Positions 1-16,863 of a stretch of 64,000 nt of DNA are shown one piece after another (position 1 is the first letter of the stretch; every line of letters starts with the position of its first letter). The stretch lies in assembly GCF_009914755.1 (NCBI RefSeq), contig NC_060939.1. One strand, 5' to 3'. A program made the translations under genes and the position numbers. A model generated the notes under the pieces. It worked only from the letters and a program-made list of their open reading frames with translations. It had not been told where the DNA came from and did not search any database. The stretch comes from the human T2T-CHM13v2.0 reference genome, Homo sapiens.

Positions 1-2199
<2,199 letters not shown>

Positions 2200-2262
2200 T
2201 TTGATGTTAGCTGGTTATTTTGCTCATTAGTTGATGCAGTTTCTTCCTAGCCTCGATGGTCT

Positions 2263-3276
2263 TTACAATTTAGCATGATTTTGCAGTGGCTGGTACCGAT
2301 TGTTCTTTTCCATGTTTAGCGCTTCCTTCAGGAGCTCTTTTAGGGCAGGCCTGGTGGTGACAAAATCTCTCAGCATTTGCTTGTCTGTAAAGTATTTTAT
2401 TTCTCCTTCACTTATGAAGCTTAGTTTGGCTGGATATGAAATTCTGGGTTGAAAATTCTTTTCTTTAAGAATGTTGAATATTGGCCCCCACTCTCTTCTG
2501 GCTTGTAGAGTTTCTGCCGAGAGATCCGCTGTCAGTCTGATGGGCTTCCCTTTGTGGGTAACCCAACCTTTCTCTCTGGCTGCCCTTAATATTTTTTCCT
2601 TCATTTCAACTTTGGTGAATCTGACAATTATGTGTCTTGGAGTTGCTCTTCTCGAGGAGTATCTTTGTGGAGTTCTGTGTATTTCCTGAATCTGAATGTT
2701 GGCCTGCCTTGCTAGACTGGGGAAGTTCTCCTGGATAATATCCTGCAGAGTGTTTTCCACCTTGGTTCCATTCTCCCCGTCAGTTTCAGGTACACCAGTC
2801 AGACATAGATTTTGTCTTTTCACATAGTCCCATATTTCTTGGAGACTTTGTTCGTTTCTTTTTATTCTTTTTTCTCTAAACTTCCCTTCTCGCTTCATTT
2901 CATTCATTTCATCTTCCATCACTGATACCTTTTCTTCTAGTTGATCGCATTGGCTCCTGAGGCTTCTGCATTCTTCACGTAGTTCTCGAGCCTTGGCTTT
3001 CAGCTCCATCAGCTCTTTTAAGTACTTCTCTGTGTTGGTTATTCTAGTTATACATTCGTCTAAATTTTTTTCAAACTTTTCAACTTCTTTGCCTTTGGTT
3101 TGAATTTCCTCCTGTAGCTCGGAGTAGTTTGATCCTCTGAAGCCTTCTCTCAACTCATCAAAGTCATTCTCCATCCAGCTTTGTTCCATTGCTGGTGAGG
3201 AACTGCGTTCCTTTGGAGGAGGAGAGGCGCTCTGCTTTTTAGAGTTTCCAGTTTTTCTGCTCTGTTTTTTCCCCAT
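2263..3276 (-). CDS. L1 ORF1p, uninterrupted (337 aa)
   Basis: MGKKQSRKTGNSKKQSASPPPKERSSSPA...REKG...YPAKLS...LQNHAKL is recognisable ORF1p with no stops. Confidence 0.93.
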   Translation of the reverse strand: MGKKQSRKTGNSKKQSASPPPKERSSSPAMEQSWMENDFDELREGFRGSNYSELQEEIQTKGKEVEKFEKNLDECITRITNTEKYLKELMELKAKARELREECRSLRSQCDQLEEKVSVMEDEMNEMKREGKFREKRIKRNEQSLQEIWDYVKRQNLCLTGVPETDGENGTKVENTLQDIIQENFPSLARQANIQIQEIHRTPQRYSSRRATPRHIIVRFTKVEMKEKILRAAREKGWVTHKGKPIRLTADLSAETLQARREWGPIFNILKEKNFQPRISYPAKLSFISEGEIKYFTDKQMLRDFVTTRPALKELLKEALNMEKNNRYQPLQNHAKL

Positions 3277-4310
3277 CTTTGTGGTTTTATCTACTTTTGG
3301 TCTTTGATGATGGTGATGTACAGATGGGTTTTTGGTGTGGATGTCCTTTCTGTTTGTTAGTTTTCCTTCTAACAGACAGGGCTCTCAGCTGCAGGTCTGT
3401 TGGTATTTGCTAGAGGTCCACTCCACACCCTGTTTGCCTGGGTACCAGCAGCGGTGGCTGCAGAACAGTGGATTTTCGTGATCCACGAATGCTGCTGTCT
3501 GATCGTTCCTCTGGAAGTTTTGTCTCAGAGGAGTACCCGGCCGTGTGAGGTGTCAGTCTGCCCCTACTGGGGGTTGCCTCCCAGTTAGGCTGCTCGGGGG
3601 TCAGGGGTCAGGGACCTACTTGAGGAAGCAGTCTGCCCGTTCTCAGATCTCCAGCTGCGTGCTGGGAGAACCACTGCTGTCTTCAAAGCTGTCAGACAGG
3701 GACCTTTACGTCTGCAGAGGTTACTGCTGTCTTTTTGTTTGTCTGTGCCCTGCCTCTCGAGGTGGAACCTACAGAGGCAGGCAGGCCTCCTTGAGCTGTG
3801 GTGGGCTCCACCCAGTTCGAGCTTCCTGGCTGCTTTGTTTACCTAAGCAAGCCTGGGCAATGGCGGGCGCCCCTCCCCCAGTCTCACTGCCACCTTGCAG
3901 TTTGATCTCAGACTGCTGTTCTAGCAATCAGCGAGATTCCATGGGCGTAGGACCCTCCGAGCCACGTGCGGGATATAATCCCCTGGTGCGCTGTTTTTTA
4001 AGCCTGTCGGAAAAGTGCAGTTTTAGGGCGGGAGTGACCCGATTTTCCAGGTGCCATCTGTCACCCCTTTCTTTGACTAGGAAAGGGAACTCCCTGACCC
4101 CGTGTGCTTCTTGAGTGAGGCAATGCCCCGCCCTGCTTCGACTCGCACACGGTGCACTGCACCCACTGTCCTGCGCCCATTGTCAGGCACTTCCTAGTGA
4201 CATGAACCCGGTACCTCATATGGAACTGCAGAAATCACCCGTCTTCTGCGTTGCTCACGCTGGGGGCTGTAGACCGGAGCTGTTCCTATTTGGCCATCTT
4301 GGCTGCTTCT
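3277..4310. promoter_or_regulatory. L1 5'UTR: sense promoter (leftward) and antisense promoter (rightward); YY1 site at 4292-4301
   Basis: CpG-enriched 5'UTR with rc CAAGATGGCC intact; bidirectional promoter activity of L1PA 5'UTRs is established. Confidence 0.75.
3860..4114 (+). CDS. L1 ORF0-like antisense ORF (84 aa)
   Basis: ATG in GCAATGG context; MAGAPPPVSLPPCSLISDCC...GVTRFSRC matches primate L1 ORF0, with a longer C-terminus than the L1HS version. Confidence 0.75.
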   Translation: MAGAPPPVSLPPCSLISDCCSSNQRDSMGVGPSEPRAGYNPLVRCFLSLSEKCSFRAGVTRFSRCHLSPLSLTRKGNSLTPCAS

Positions 4311-4633
4311 CTTATTCTGTATTCTTGAGCTTCATGCTATACTACTCCTTCCCGCCTAATTTTTGTCCCAGTAGTGCTGCATTGTTTGTAATGGCTCACA
4401 TGGTACAAGCCATTTCATTCTTCAGAGATTTAACATGTCGCTTTCACAGTTGGGTATGCTAGTCTCCTCCTTTCTTGCCTGGGTAACATAGACAGATCCT
4501 TCACAATCCAGATGGGTTACCTTTTTTAGGACACAGGAAAGTACCCTTTCTCTGTGCTCATACTGTGTCCCATGTATACTTTCATCATTGCTTTTAACAC
4601 CTCTCATTGATTGATTCTTCAAGTTTACTTTGA

Positions 4634-5042
<409 letters not shown>

Positions 5043-6890
5043 TACACAAACATGTTCCTAAATGACAAATGTGAAAAGCGTTGTGAAACACAACCGTGAA
5101 CACCGAGCCAGCTGGGTAAGTTGAGGAGGCTTTCTACCATGGAGGAGTCATATAAGCTCCCCTGGAGGGCTGAGCTGCACTCATCCAGGTGAAGAGAGAA
5201 GGGGAAGAATGATTTATTGAAATTACTGGTTTACCCATCTGTGGCCTCCTTCAGAGCTTAAGTCATGTCAGGAGAGATTCTGTATGTATTGCATTATTGT
5301 ATCCCCAGAACCTAGTGCAGTGCATGGAACATTTATCAGTGTCTGTTGAACAGAACAAAGCTGCTGAATGATCGTTCAAAAGTCTGAGGTCTTGTCAATG
5401 AGTACCATAGAAGCTGGCTATTTGTAGCCCCTGCTGCAAGGGAGGAGGAACTCCTGTCATTTCTTTAGTTCCTGTAACCCTCTTAGATTTCCTTTATTCA
5501 TATTGTCGTTTTCTCTCTCCATTCTTACTACACTGGATTTCTCAGAAGAGCTTCCAAGACTCTTCCACAATTACTGTGGGACAACAGTAAATAGTCTGCA
5601 ATTTTCAAGGGCTCAGTATCTTTTAGTCCTAAAAATGGCTGTATGTTGACCTTTTGCCACCCAGCTGTGGTGTGATGGAAACTGGGGGGCCCAATCTGAG
5701 AGTGAAGTGCCTTGTAATCCTGGATTTCAAGAATGAGCCTGAATTTATTTTCCTGTCAGCTCATGATGGTGACTTGTTTCTGAAATTCTTTGCACTAGTA
5801 ATAGACTGAGCATTCTTAGGACTGCACAAAGAGAACTTTGAAAAGTCCTTTAATTTGTCTTAAGTTGACATAGCTGTTTATTTTCTATTTAGTTCTATCT
5901 ATTCTTTTTTAATATTGAAAGAGAAATTTATTTTTAATACAATTAAAAGCTTAAAAATATAAAGTAAGAAATGTCTTATTTCTAGCCTGCTTTCAGCTAA
6001 CAGTTAATAAGTTTATTTTGGCTCATGCTCAAATAAAATACACAACTTGTGGCTACCATCCTTGTCCTAACCCTCTTTGCAGCCTTGAAGATAGCTTCCC
6101 TCATCAAGAAAAATCATCCCCATTATTTAAGCACTTTACCTAACCCTATTGAGCTTTTTTGTCTTAGTCCCTAAACTAAATGTTTAAAAAGTAGGTTAAA
6201 TTTCAAAACTGACCACAGGTCAAGTTGAGAATGAGATGCAAAGTTGAGCATATGTCTCTAAAGTCCTAAATAACTTTCCAACTTGGTCTTTCAGGCTGGT
6301 AGGAGGGATTCTGGGTTGAAGCCATGGACTGGTACAAACATTTCTGGAGGAATATACACCATGACTTGCACATTTTGGAATAACAACAATCATGTTTTTC
6401 CAATAGCATATAATCTCAAATTCTTCTCTCCAGGAGGGAAAAAAGCATAAGCCATACCATCTGGCAGTGGCTAGATTAGTTTCACATTGGAAAACTGTTG
6501 TAGAGGGTAGCTGGGTGTCTCTAAAGCGATGGAACCACAATAAAGATTCAAGAAACAAAATAATAATTGCAATTAAAAATGAAACACTGCCAAATTCTTG
6601 AGTTGCCGTCTAGGGTTTTAGTGGTTTGGTTATTTGTATCTTCATTACTTCTACACTCTGGATACAGAGATTCCAGGGATTAGCGGGTGGCAATAAAGTT
6701 TCATTGTAGCACAGTGAGAAATGCAAACAGCATTACAATTTGTGAGGCAGAACAAAACCAAGCTCTTTTTAATTCATGTTAGCATAGAAGCAATGTAACC
6801 AAAAAATACAGAAATAGTCTTGTGTTTGGAAAAGGATGGTAGTGGGATGCATTGTTTTGTGTCATGGATTGATTTGGGACATGCACTTAA

Positions 6891-7196
<306 letters not shown>

Positions 7197-8322
7197 ATAC
7201 TTACTCTTACTGTGTCTATTTTGAACCTCTTACAAAGTTTCTGTCTGTAGGAGATTTATTGTCACTAATACTTTATGGAATTGGCTCTTATATTGGTGTA
7301 TATTGCTTGATTTTTTCTACATTTTAAATAATCTAAGAAGGAGACACTGAAAGCAAGCTTTTCCGTTTCAGTTTTTAGTTTTGCCACTGAGTGCATTGCC
7401 TTAATACAATTGTGTTAACTTGTGAGTTCATTCTGTTTCACTTACCCTTTGCAATGAGGAAGTAAAATAGGGATATATAAATAACTCAAAACTTAATTAC
7501 TTATGTTAGGATGGAAAATATATGATTTAACACACACATCAGGGGAAAAACAAGGTTCAAGTAATAAATATGTTCATGATTAACGACCAGAGGAAATTCC
7601 ATTGCAGGCACATCCAGGCTCACTCACACACAAGGCATGCCACTGATAATCCTGCACATCCTTCCCCCTCCATCTCTGCCTCAGCCTCCATTCAAATGCA
7701 CATTCCTCCAAACAGAGTATACACACAGACACAGGATAAAATTGGTAAAGAAAGCTCATGTCAGTTAAATGCCAGATTTTGATGAGAAAGCTTATTAATT
7801 GGATAAGCTACGAATCTCTAAGGCAGATTACTGTAAATGGGGAGGGGTGAGGATGTTGTTAGAATTGAAACTTAGAGCCTCACAAAACATGATTTGTGAG
7901 GTATCTTTCCCATAGTGATTTATTTTTGGGAACAAAATGTCATTTGTATAAAATATATTGTTGGCAATTGATATAGTCATTTAATTTTATGACAGTGTAT
8001 TTTAGGAATAAATGCATTCCCCAAAGGGGCATTGGCATAGAATTAGCAATAGAAATGATGTCACTGCTATAAGGAAATCCAAAGTGGCTAAGATTCCAGA
8101 GAGTCCTGCAGAGGTCTATAGCCTATGGATTATTAAACACTGCTGCCTGATAAGGGGTGAGAACAAAAAGAACAAAAGCAAATGTACATGATTTAGAAAT
8201 TCCGAAACATGGTTTGAGCAACTGGAAATAGAAACCAAAAGCTTTCTCAAATATGTTTTAAGTAAACTATCAGCCTACAAAAGAATACTTTTTTAACTTT
8301 GACCAGCAATGTAAAACTTTCA

Positions 8323-8553
<231 letters not shown>

Positions 8554-9184
8554 TCAATAATAAGACTTGGGCAGCTCAAGAGGAAATTCTAAAGAAAGGG
8601 GATCTGATAATTAAATCATGAGATGTATCCTGGACCTCCTGGCATTAACCTTCTGGGAGGCAGCAGGAAGGAGATAATCTCAGCCAATGTCTCTATTCTG
8701 CAAAAAAAATGGAGCCCAGAGAAGCTAAAATGGTTTGGGTAGAACTCTACAGTAGTTCACTCTGATTGATATGGGCTTCCTATGTTTGATTCAGTTGTAG
8801 GAATCCTATCAATGAAAATTAGTTTTGGCAGGAGCCTGCTCTGTCAGCTGTGACCCACTATTGCCTTCTACTACACTATAATTACATGCCCACTCAAAAG
8901 GTATTAGGACCTCCACAGATACCAAAGTGTACTGAAAGTAAATTGAAAACGAATGGGAAACAAAATGCAGTTTAAAAAGCTTCACAAAATCAGCAACCTT
9001 AAACAGAAAAAATTACCATTTTGCCCCAGATAAAATCTCAGGATGCCATCAAAGGCAATCCTTTGAGTATTTCAGGGTCTCAAATTGTATTAGTGGGAAG
9101 GAGGCAAAACAATTCTATTTGGACTTGAACTGAACCAAAGTTTAATTTGAGATAAATTCCATAATTTACCTAGGAATCAGTGTC

Positions 9185-9542
9185 TTTTTTTTTCTTTTCT
9201 TTTCTTTCTTTTTCTTTCTTTCTTTCTTTTTTTTTTGTTTTTTTGTTTTTTTGTTTTTTTGAGGCAGGGTCTTGCGCTGTTACTCAGGCTGGAATGCAGT
9301 GAAGCAATCATGGCTCACTGAAGCCTTAACCTCCAAGGCTTAGGCGATTCTCCCACCTTGGCATCCTGAGTGGCTGGGAGTACAGGCACATGCCACCACC
9401 CCTGGCTAATTTTTCATCTTTTGTAGAGACAGGGTCTCGCCATGTTGCCCAGCCTGGCCTCAATATTCCTGGGCTGAAGCAATCCTCCCACCTTGGCTTC
9501 CCAAAGTGCTGGGATTACAGGTGTGAGCCATCGTGCCCAGCC
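9185..9542 (-). mobile_element. AluJ with long T-rich tail
   Basis: Degenerate (TTTC)n/(GTTTT)n tail and AluJ-type body. Confidence 0.9.
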
Positions 9543-9717
9543 TATTTACAATATTATTAAAGTTATAGCTTTGAAAGAGTTGAAAAGTGTTTTCACCATC
9601 TAATTCTACCCGTGCTCCTTGTGAACAAAAGTTCTGTTTTGGGTCCTGTATGTGACAGAAGATAAACACTAAGTGCATCAGCAGGGGGTGGAAGAAGTGA
9701 ATTCCATGAACACTCAC

Positions 9718-9925
9718 CCTAGCTGCAACAGAAAACCATCTATTCTCATCTTTTTTCAGCTCTATAAAAAGAAGGAAGACTGTTTCACAGTCGTGGATGA
9801 GTAGCTGATAACAGCTTTCATAAAATATGCATACACAATTACCTCAAAGAACCAGTCTCTTGTTCCAAACATTTCAACAGCAAAAGACCTTCCTGTAGCC
9901 AGCCATTTAGAAAGTGAAATGTTGC
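9718..9925 (-). other. Candidate pair of minus-strand exons (9843-9925 and 9718-9761) separated by an 81-nt intron; probably non-coding
   Basis: Acceptors ttattttctAG and ttccttctttttatAG; donors GAG|gtaatt and AGG|gtgagt. Confidence 0.3.
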
Positions 9926-10087
9926 CTAGAAAATAATTATTGGAATCAATAAACAATTAAAATTAGGGGTGGAAAAAAGCAAGAAAAAGCCATCGTCAGT
10001 GTGTGTAAGAGTACAAAGTACTGGATTTCCAAGCTGACTTATATAATTGTCCCAGGTTTTCAAGAAGGATTCAGTGTATACTGGTGG

Positions 10088-10091
<4 letters not shown>

Positions 10092-10122
<31 letters not shown>

Positions 10123-10403
10123 AGACGGAGACTCACTCTTATTGCCCAGGCTGGAGTGCAGTGGCGCGACCTTGGCTCACTGCAAGCTCCGCCTACTGGG
10201 TTCACACCATTCTCCTGCCTCAGCCTCCTGAGTAGCTGGGACTACAGGCGCCCACCACTACGCCTGGCTAATTTTTTGTATTTTTTAATAGAGACGGGGT
10301 TTCTCTGTGTTAGCCAGGATGGTCTTGATCTCCTGACCTCGTGATCCGCCCACCTCGGCCTCCCAAAGTGCTGGGATTACAGGCGTGAGCCACTGTACCC
10401 GGC
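10092..10403 (-). mobile_element. AluY
   Basis: About 30-nt poly-T, AluY diagnostics, TSD-like ggcag(a/c)ttt. Confidence 0.94.
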
Positions 10404-11263
10404 GGCAGCTTTATTCTTACTAGGCCAAATCAAACTTGGGGTCTGGGAATCACAGCAAAATACTATGAGCATTATCATGCAGCTATCTGCCCTGGAAAAG
10501 AGGAGCCCCCTCTGTGATGATCAAAGACTGTGGGTCAGATAGGATTGCCTGTAAGGGTGATTTCCACCTCAATGGCTCTCTTTGGGAGAGGGCCTTCCCC
10601 AGACCTCAATAAGGCAGGTTGCAATTGCTCAAAGATTGCTCAAAGGACAGATTTAGATTCCACTATATTATTTTGAATATTAAGTAATAATCATTTGGTG
10701 AGTCAAACTGCAAATAGTGCATATTGGAGGGTATTCTTTTGGGCGGCTACTTTTGCATATGGATTTGTCTGCTTTTTCTTGCTATGAATTTATTTTATTT
10801 TTAATTGATTTATTTATGATATTCTTTTTTACCTTACTAGTTGTCCAAACCCCAAGTCCATTCCATTGTGAGATATCTATATAGCCCAGCAGCAGAGGAA
10901 AATTGAGGATACTCTGCTTTCTTCTGATTTCCCCATGGGACTGGTGGTTTATCTTTCTTTACTTATTTTGACTTTTAATAACTGCAAGAATCCTTAAGTG
11001 GCCTAATTTAAAAAGAATTAGCCCAGCCCTGGCAGAAGGTAGTTCATACTTGGAGATCTCCCCTGAGACATAAGATGTTTCCTGCTAAATTGAATTCATT
11101 TGTCTCGTATGAAAACAAGTTCACAGGGCCTAAGAATTTGTCTGGGAAGCCATAAACAATGGGGGGCATCCAGTGGAACTGGTGCTTCCAAACTTGGGGT
11201 CACTGGTTCATGTGGTGCCAGTGGGGTGAGGGAAGGGTCATAACGTATTTAAAAGAATCACCA

Positions 11264-11660
<397 letters not shown>

Positions 11661-11831
11661 TCAAGAAGATAAAGAGTGGGATGGAAGAGCATAGATGTCA
11701 CAGGGGGGTTCAGAGGGAGTTTGGGCCTTAGTTTCCTCTCCTTTCAAGGGAGACCATCTACCATGAATGGGTAACACCTGCCAGAAGAATGCCAAAGGGA
11801 AAATTAGGCTACTGGGCAGCCATTTGAAGCC

Positions 11832-11860
11832 AAAAAAAAAAAAATATATATATATATATA
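11832..11860. repeat. A-run plus (TA)n microsatellite
   Basis: Seen directly. Confidence 0.9.
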
Positions 11861-12909
11861 GAACAGGGAACTTCCTCCCTGAAGAACATGTGGAGCATTT
11901 TTGTGATCACTCAGAGTTGGCATCAGAGGACAGGACGATACCATAAAACAATTTGTTGTTATAATTGAAAATCAAAAGCCAACATCCCCAAATTGAATAA
12001 TGTCACTCTTTGCTCTATTCTTAAGTGCTATGGTGAGTGTATACTGAACCTACAATGGTGTTTTGCTCACAGGTGAGTAATGGAAAGGAAGCATTAGAAA
12101 ATTAATGGAATGCTCTAAATAATTGTGAAGAAAGAAAAATGAGGATGGTCTTAGGAGTCCTCATGGGGGTCTAACATAGCACCTCACTTGAAATAGGCAC
12201 AACAAATAATGGTACATACTAGATATCCAGTAAGTACTTTCTTGATGAATAACTGAATGGATAACAGGCTTCAGTGTGGGGAGGATCTCCCCTTAGGAGA
12301 TGGATTTTTTTCCTCCTCCAAAAGGAAACCATGAGCAAGAGGAATACAGAGTGACAGACACAGATGAGTTTATGCACTTATTCAACACATATTATTAACA
12401 GCCTTTTATGTGCTTGGCACTATTCTAGACACTGGGGATAAAGAGATAAACCAAAAGCAAAATTCCTTAACTTCATGGAATATGCATTCCAGTGAGTAAG
12501 ACCAATCATACAAAAGAGAGCATGTATCTATATATGTTGACTAGCTTTAAATATTTGGAAGAAAATCAAGCCTGAGTCAGGAGATAATGGGTGATTAGCA
12601 TATGGTGGCATTTTCATGGCATGAACAGGAAAGGTAGTGATCATTTGAAATCAGGATCTGGAGGTGACATTTGAGAAAAATAAAATAAAAAATGAGAGAA
12701 TGACCATGGAGAGACCTGGGGAAAAAGTGTTCCTGGCAGGGGAAATAGCAAGGTAAAGGCCAAGAGGCAGGATTGAGCTTGGTGAGCGTGTTCTGACCTA
12801 CAGGAACTCCAGGTTGATTGAGAGGAGTGCAGGAGGGAGGCAGTGGAGGGAAGGGAGGTAGTGGAGGGGAAGGAGTTGGAGAGACAGGCAGGAGCTGGCC
12901 ATGCACAGG

Positions 12910-13779
12910 CAACGCTGGCTACATTATTTAGGAGTCTCAGTGCAAAATGAAAATGTGAGGCCCCTTGTTCAAAAAGCAATAAAAAAATGGCTTTAAAGTT
13001 TACTAAAATAGAAAGCTTTTTTTTTTTTTTTTTTTTTTTTACAGTCTCTCCCTTGTTGTAATTTTATTTGCTGTTTATATCTTACTCCCTTGAGTTTGGG
13101 AATATTCATGGAGGAGTACAGACCCCCATGGGCACCTGGAGTCCCTGCTTTGCTACTTAGTGTATGCAAAATCCCCTGGCTTCATGGACTAAGCAGGGTT
13201 CCTCCTCCTGCCAGCCACTGGGCCACCAACCTGCCCTACGTGGCTGCAGGGAGAGGAAGTCTATCTCCCCTTCCCATGGACCCTCCCCACCCAATGTTAT
13301 GGGTGGCACCCACGGAATTGCAACTGCTGTGCTGGGATATGCTAGTTACCTGGATTAGGGGGAATAAGGGACTTGCCCTGCTACCTACCCCGACCTACCC
13401 CGCAATTGCCTGTCAAAGTGTTGTGGTTGCCTGGCCAGTCCAGGTCCATTCTGGGTGCAAGTCATCAGCTGCCATGTGTCAGAGAGAGAGAAGGGGAGGC
13501 CAGGTAGGGCCCGGGACGCCAGGGAGTAGAGAGCAGGCAGCCAAAACCCATCCTGGGAAGGAAGAGAAGAGGAGGGAGGCAGGATTGCCCATGAGCTGAG
13601 GCTCCAAGCCCTGAGTGTATGCTCCATGGTTCCACTGTATTTCACTTACAAAGCTCAAATTAAGAGATAAATTATTAAGAATTTGAAGTTATCAATTGTA
13701 AAGCATTAAGTACCAAGCACAGGACTCTTCTGGCACATGGCCTTGAGTGACTGCACTGGTCAAACGTCCATGCAGCGTG
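12910..13779 (-). mobile_element. MER45 family (long MER45B/C-type) hAT-Tip100 DNA transposon
   Basis: Ends match MER45 termini (CAGTGCAAAATGAAAATGTGAGGCCCCTTGTTCAAAA; ATTATTAAGAATTT...GACTGCAC); flanking repeat gcacagg. Confidence 0.75.
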
Positions 13780-13880
13780 GCACAGGTTATGGCAAAGGCT
13801 TTGAGCTTTATTTTAAGTGAGATGGATAGATGGGGAATGGCAGGGAAAATGATCTGACCAATGTTTTAAAGGAATTGACT

Positions 13881-14180
13881 GGCCTGGCACGGTGGCTCAC
13901 ACCTGTAATCCCAGTGCTTTGGGAGGCCAAGGCGGGCGGAACATCTGAGGTCAGGTGTTTGCGACCAGTCTGGCCAACATGATGAAACCCCATCTCTACT
14001 GAAAACACAAACATTAGCTGAGCATGGTGGTGCATGTCTGTAATCCCAGCTACTGAGGAGGCTGAGGCAGGAGAATCGCTTGAACCCGGGAGGCAGAGGA
14101 TTGCAGTGAGCCGAGATCACGCCACCGCATTCCAGCCTGGGCAACAGAGCAAGACTCCTTCTCATAAATAAATAAATAAG
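13881..14180 (+). mobile_element. AluS
   Basis: Full dimer with (TAAA)n tail. Confidence 0.92.
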
Positions 14181-14811
14181 ATAAATTGTCCCAGCAGCCC
14201 TGACGAGGAAGAAAGACAGGGAAATCAGGAGGTTATGAGATGTTGGTGGCTTGACTTCAGGCAGTATTGACAGAGGTAGTGAGAAGTGGTCACATTTCAT
14301 ATGTGTCATATGTGTTTTGTAAGAATGACTTCTAAGTTAGTTTTAAGGAAACCGTTTTGGAAAAACTGTTCAACATGGGGGGATGTTTCTTGTAGACCCG
14401 AGGGCAGAAGCCACTGACAAACAGTTGCATATGTGCCACCGTGATGGACCTGGATCAAATATTTCCAGAATCACAAATAGTAGAAAACAACATTTGGGTA
14501 CAAAGAAGACAATTATTTTAAAATGGCAAATTTAAAATATTTTTTATTCAGAAATATTTTTTCAACCAAGCAATCAGGAGTGCCAAGATCGCATGATTTA
14601 TGTAAAACACAACTTTGGTCTGAAAGTAACAAGTGAATTTTACAAAAGAAAATATCCTGATCCTAGTTCCAGGACTTAGAGAGAAAATGCTTTTGCTGAA
14701 TGTTAACCAGGAAAGTTGGTAACCAGCACTTCAGTCTTATAGAAGAATCTTGATTTGTTCATTCTGTAATCTCTTTGAGAGCTCAGCACAAAAACTGTAC
14801 TCAGGAGTTTG

Positions 14812-16863
<2,052 letters not shown>

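Larger units (their letters stand above)
12375..14320 (-). mobile_element. L2 relic interrupted by MER45 and an Alu
   Basis: L2 3'-end-type sequence (ttattcaac...ggcactattctagacactggggata) and purine-rich body that resumes after each insertion. Confidence 0.65.

Noticed and set aside
3545-4462. Long + strand ORFs (189 aa and 115 aa) over the L1 5'UTR
   Set aside because: They start at non-ATG codons in L1 antisense sequence; only the ORF0 portion has precedent
6220-6558. 112-aa minus-strand ORF in unique DNA
   Set aside because: Non-ATG start, no recognisable domain, only weak splice support
13090-13599. 169-aa ORF
   Set aside because: Lies inside a non-autonomous MER45 element; no transposase similarity evident
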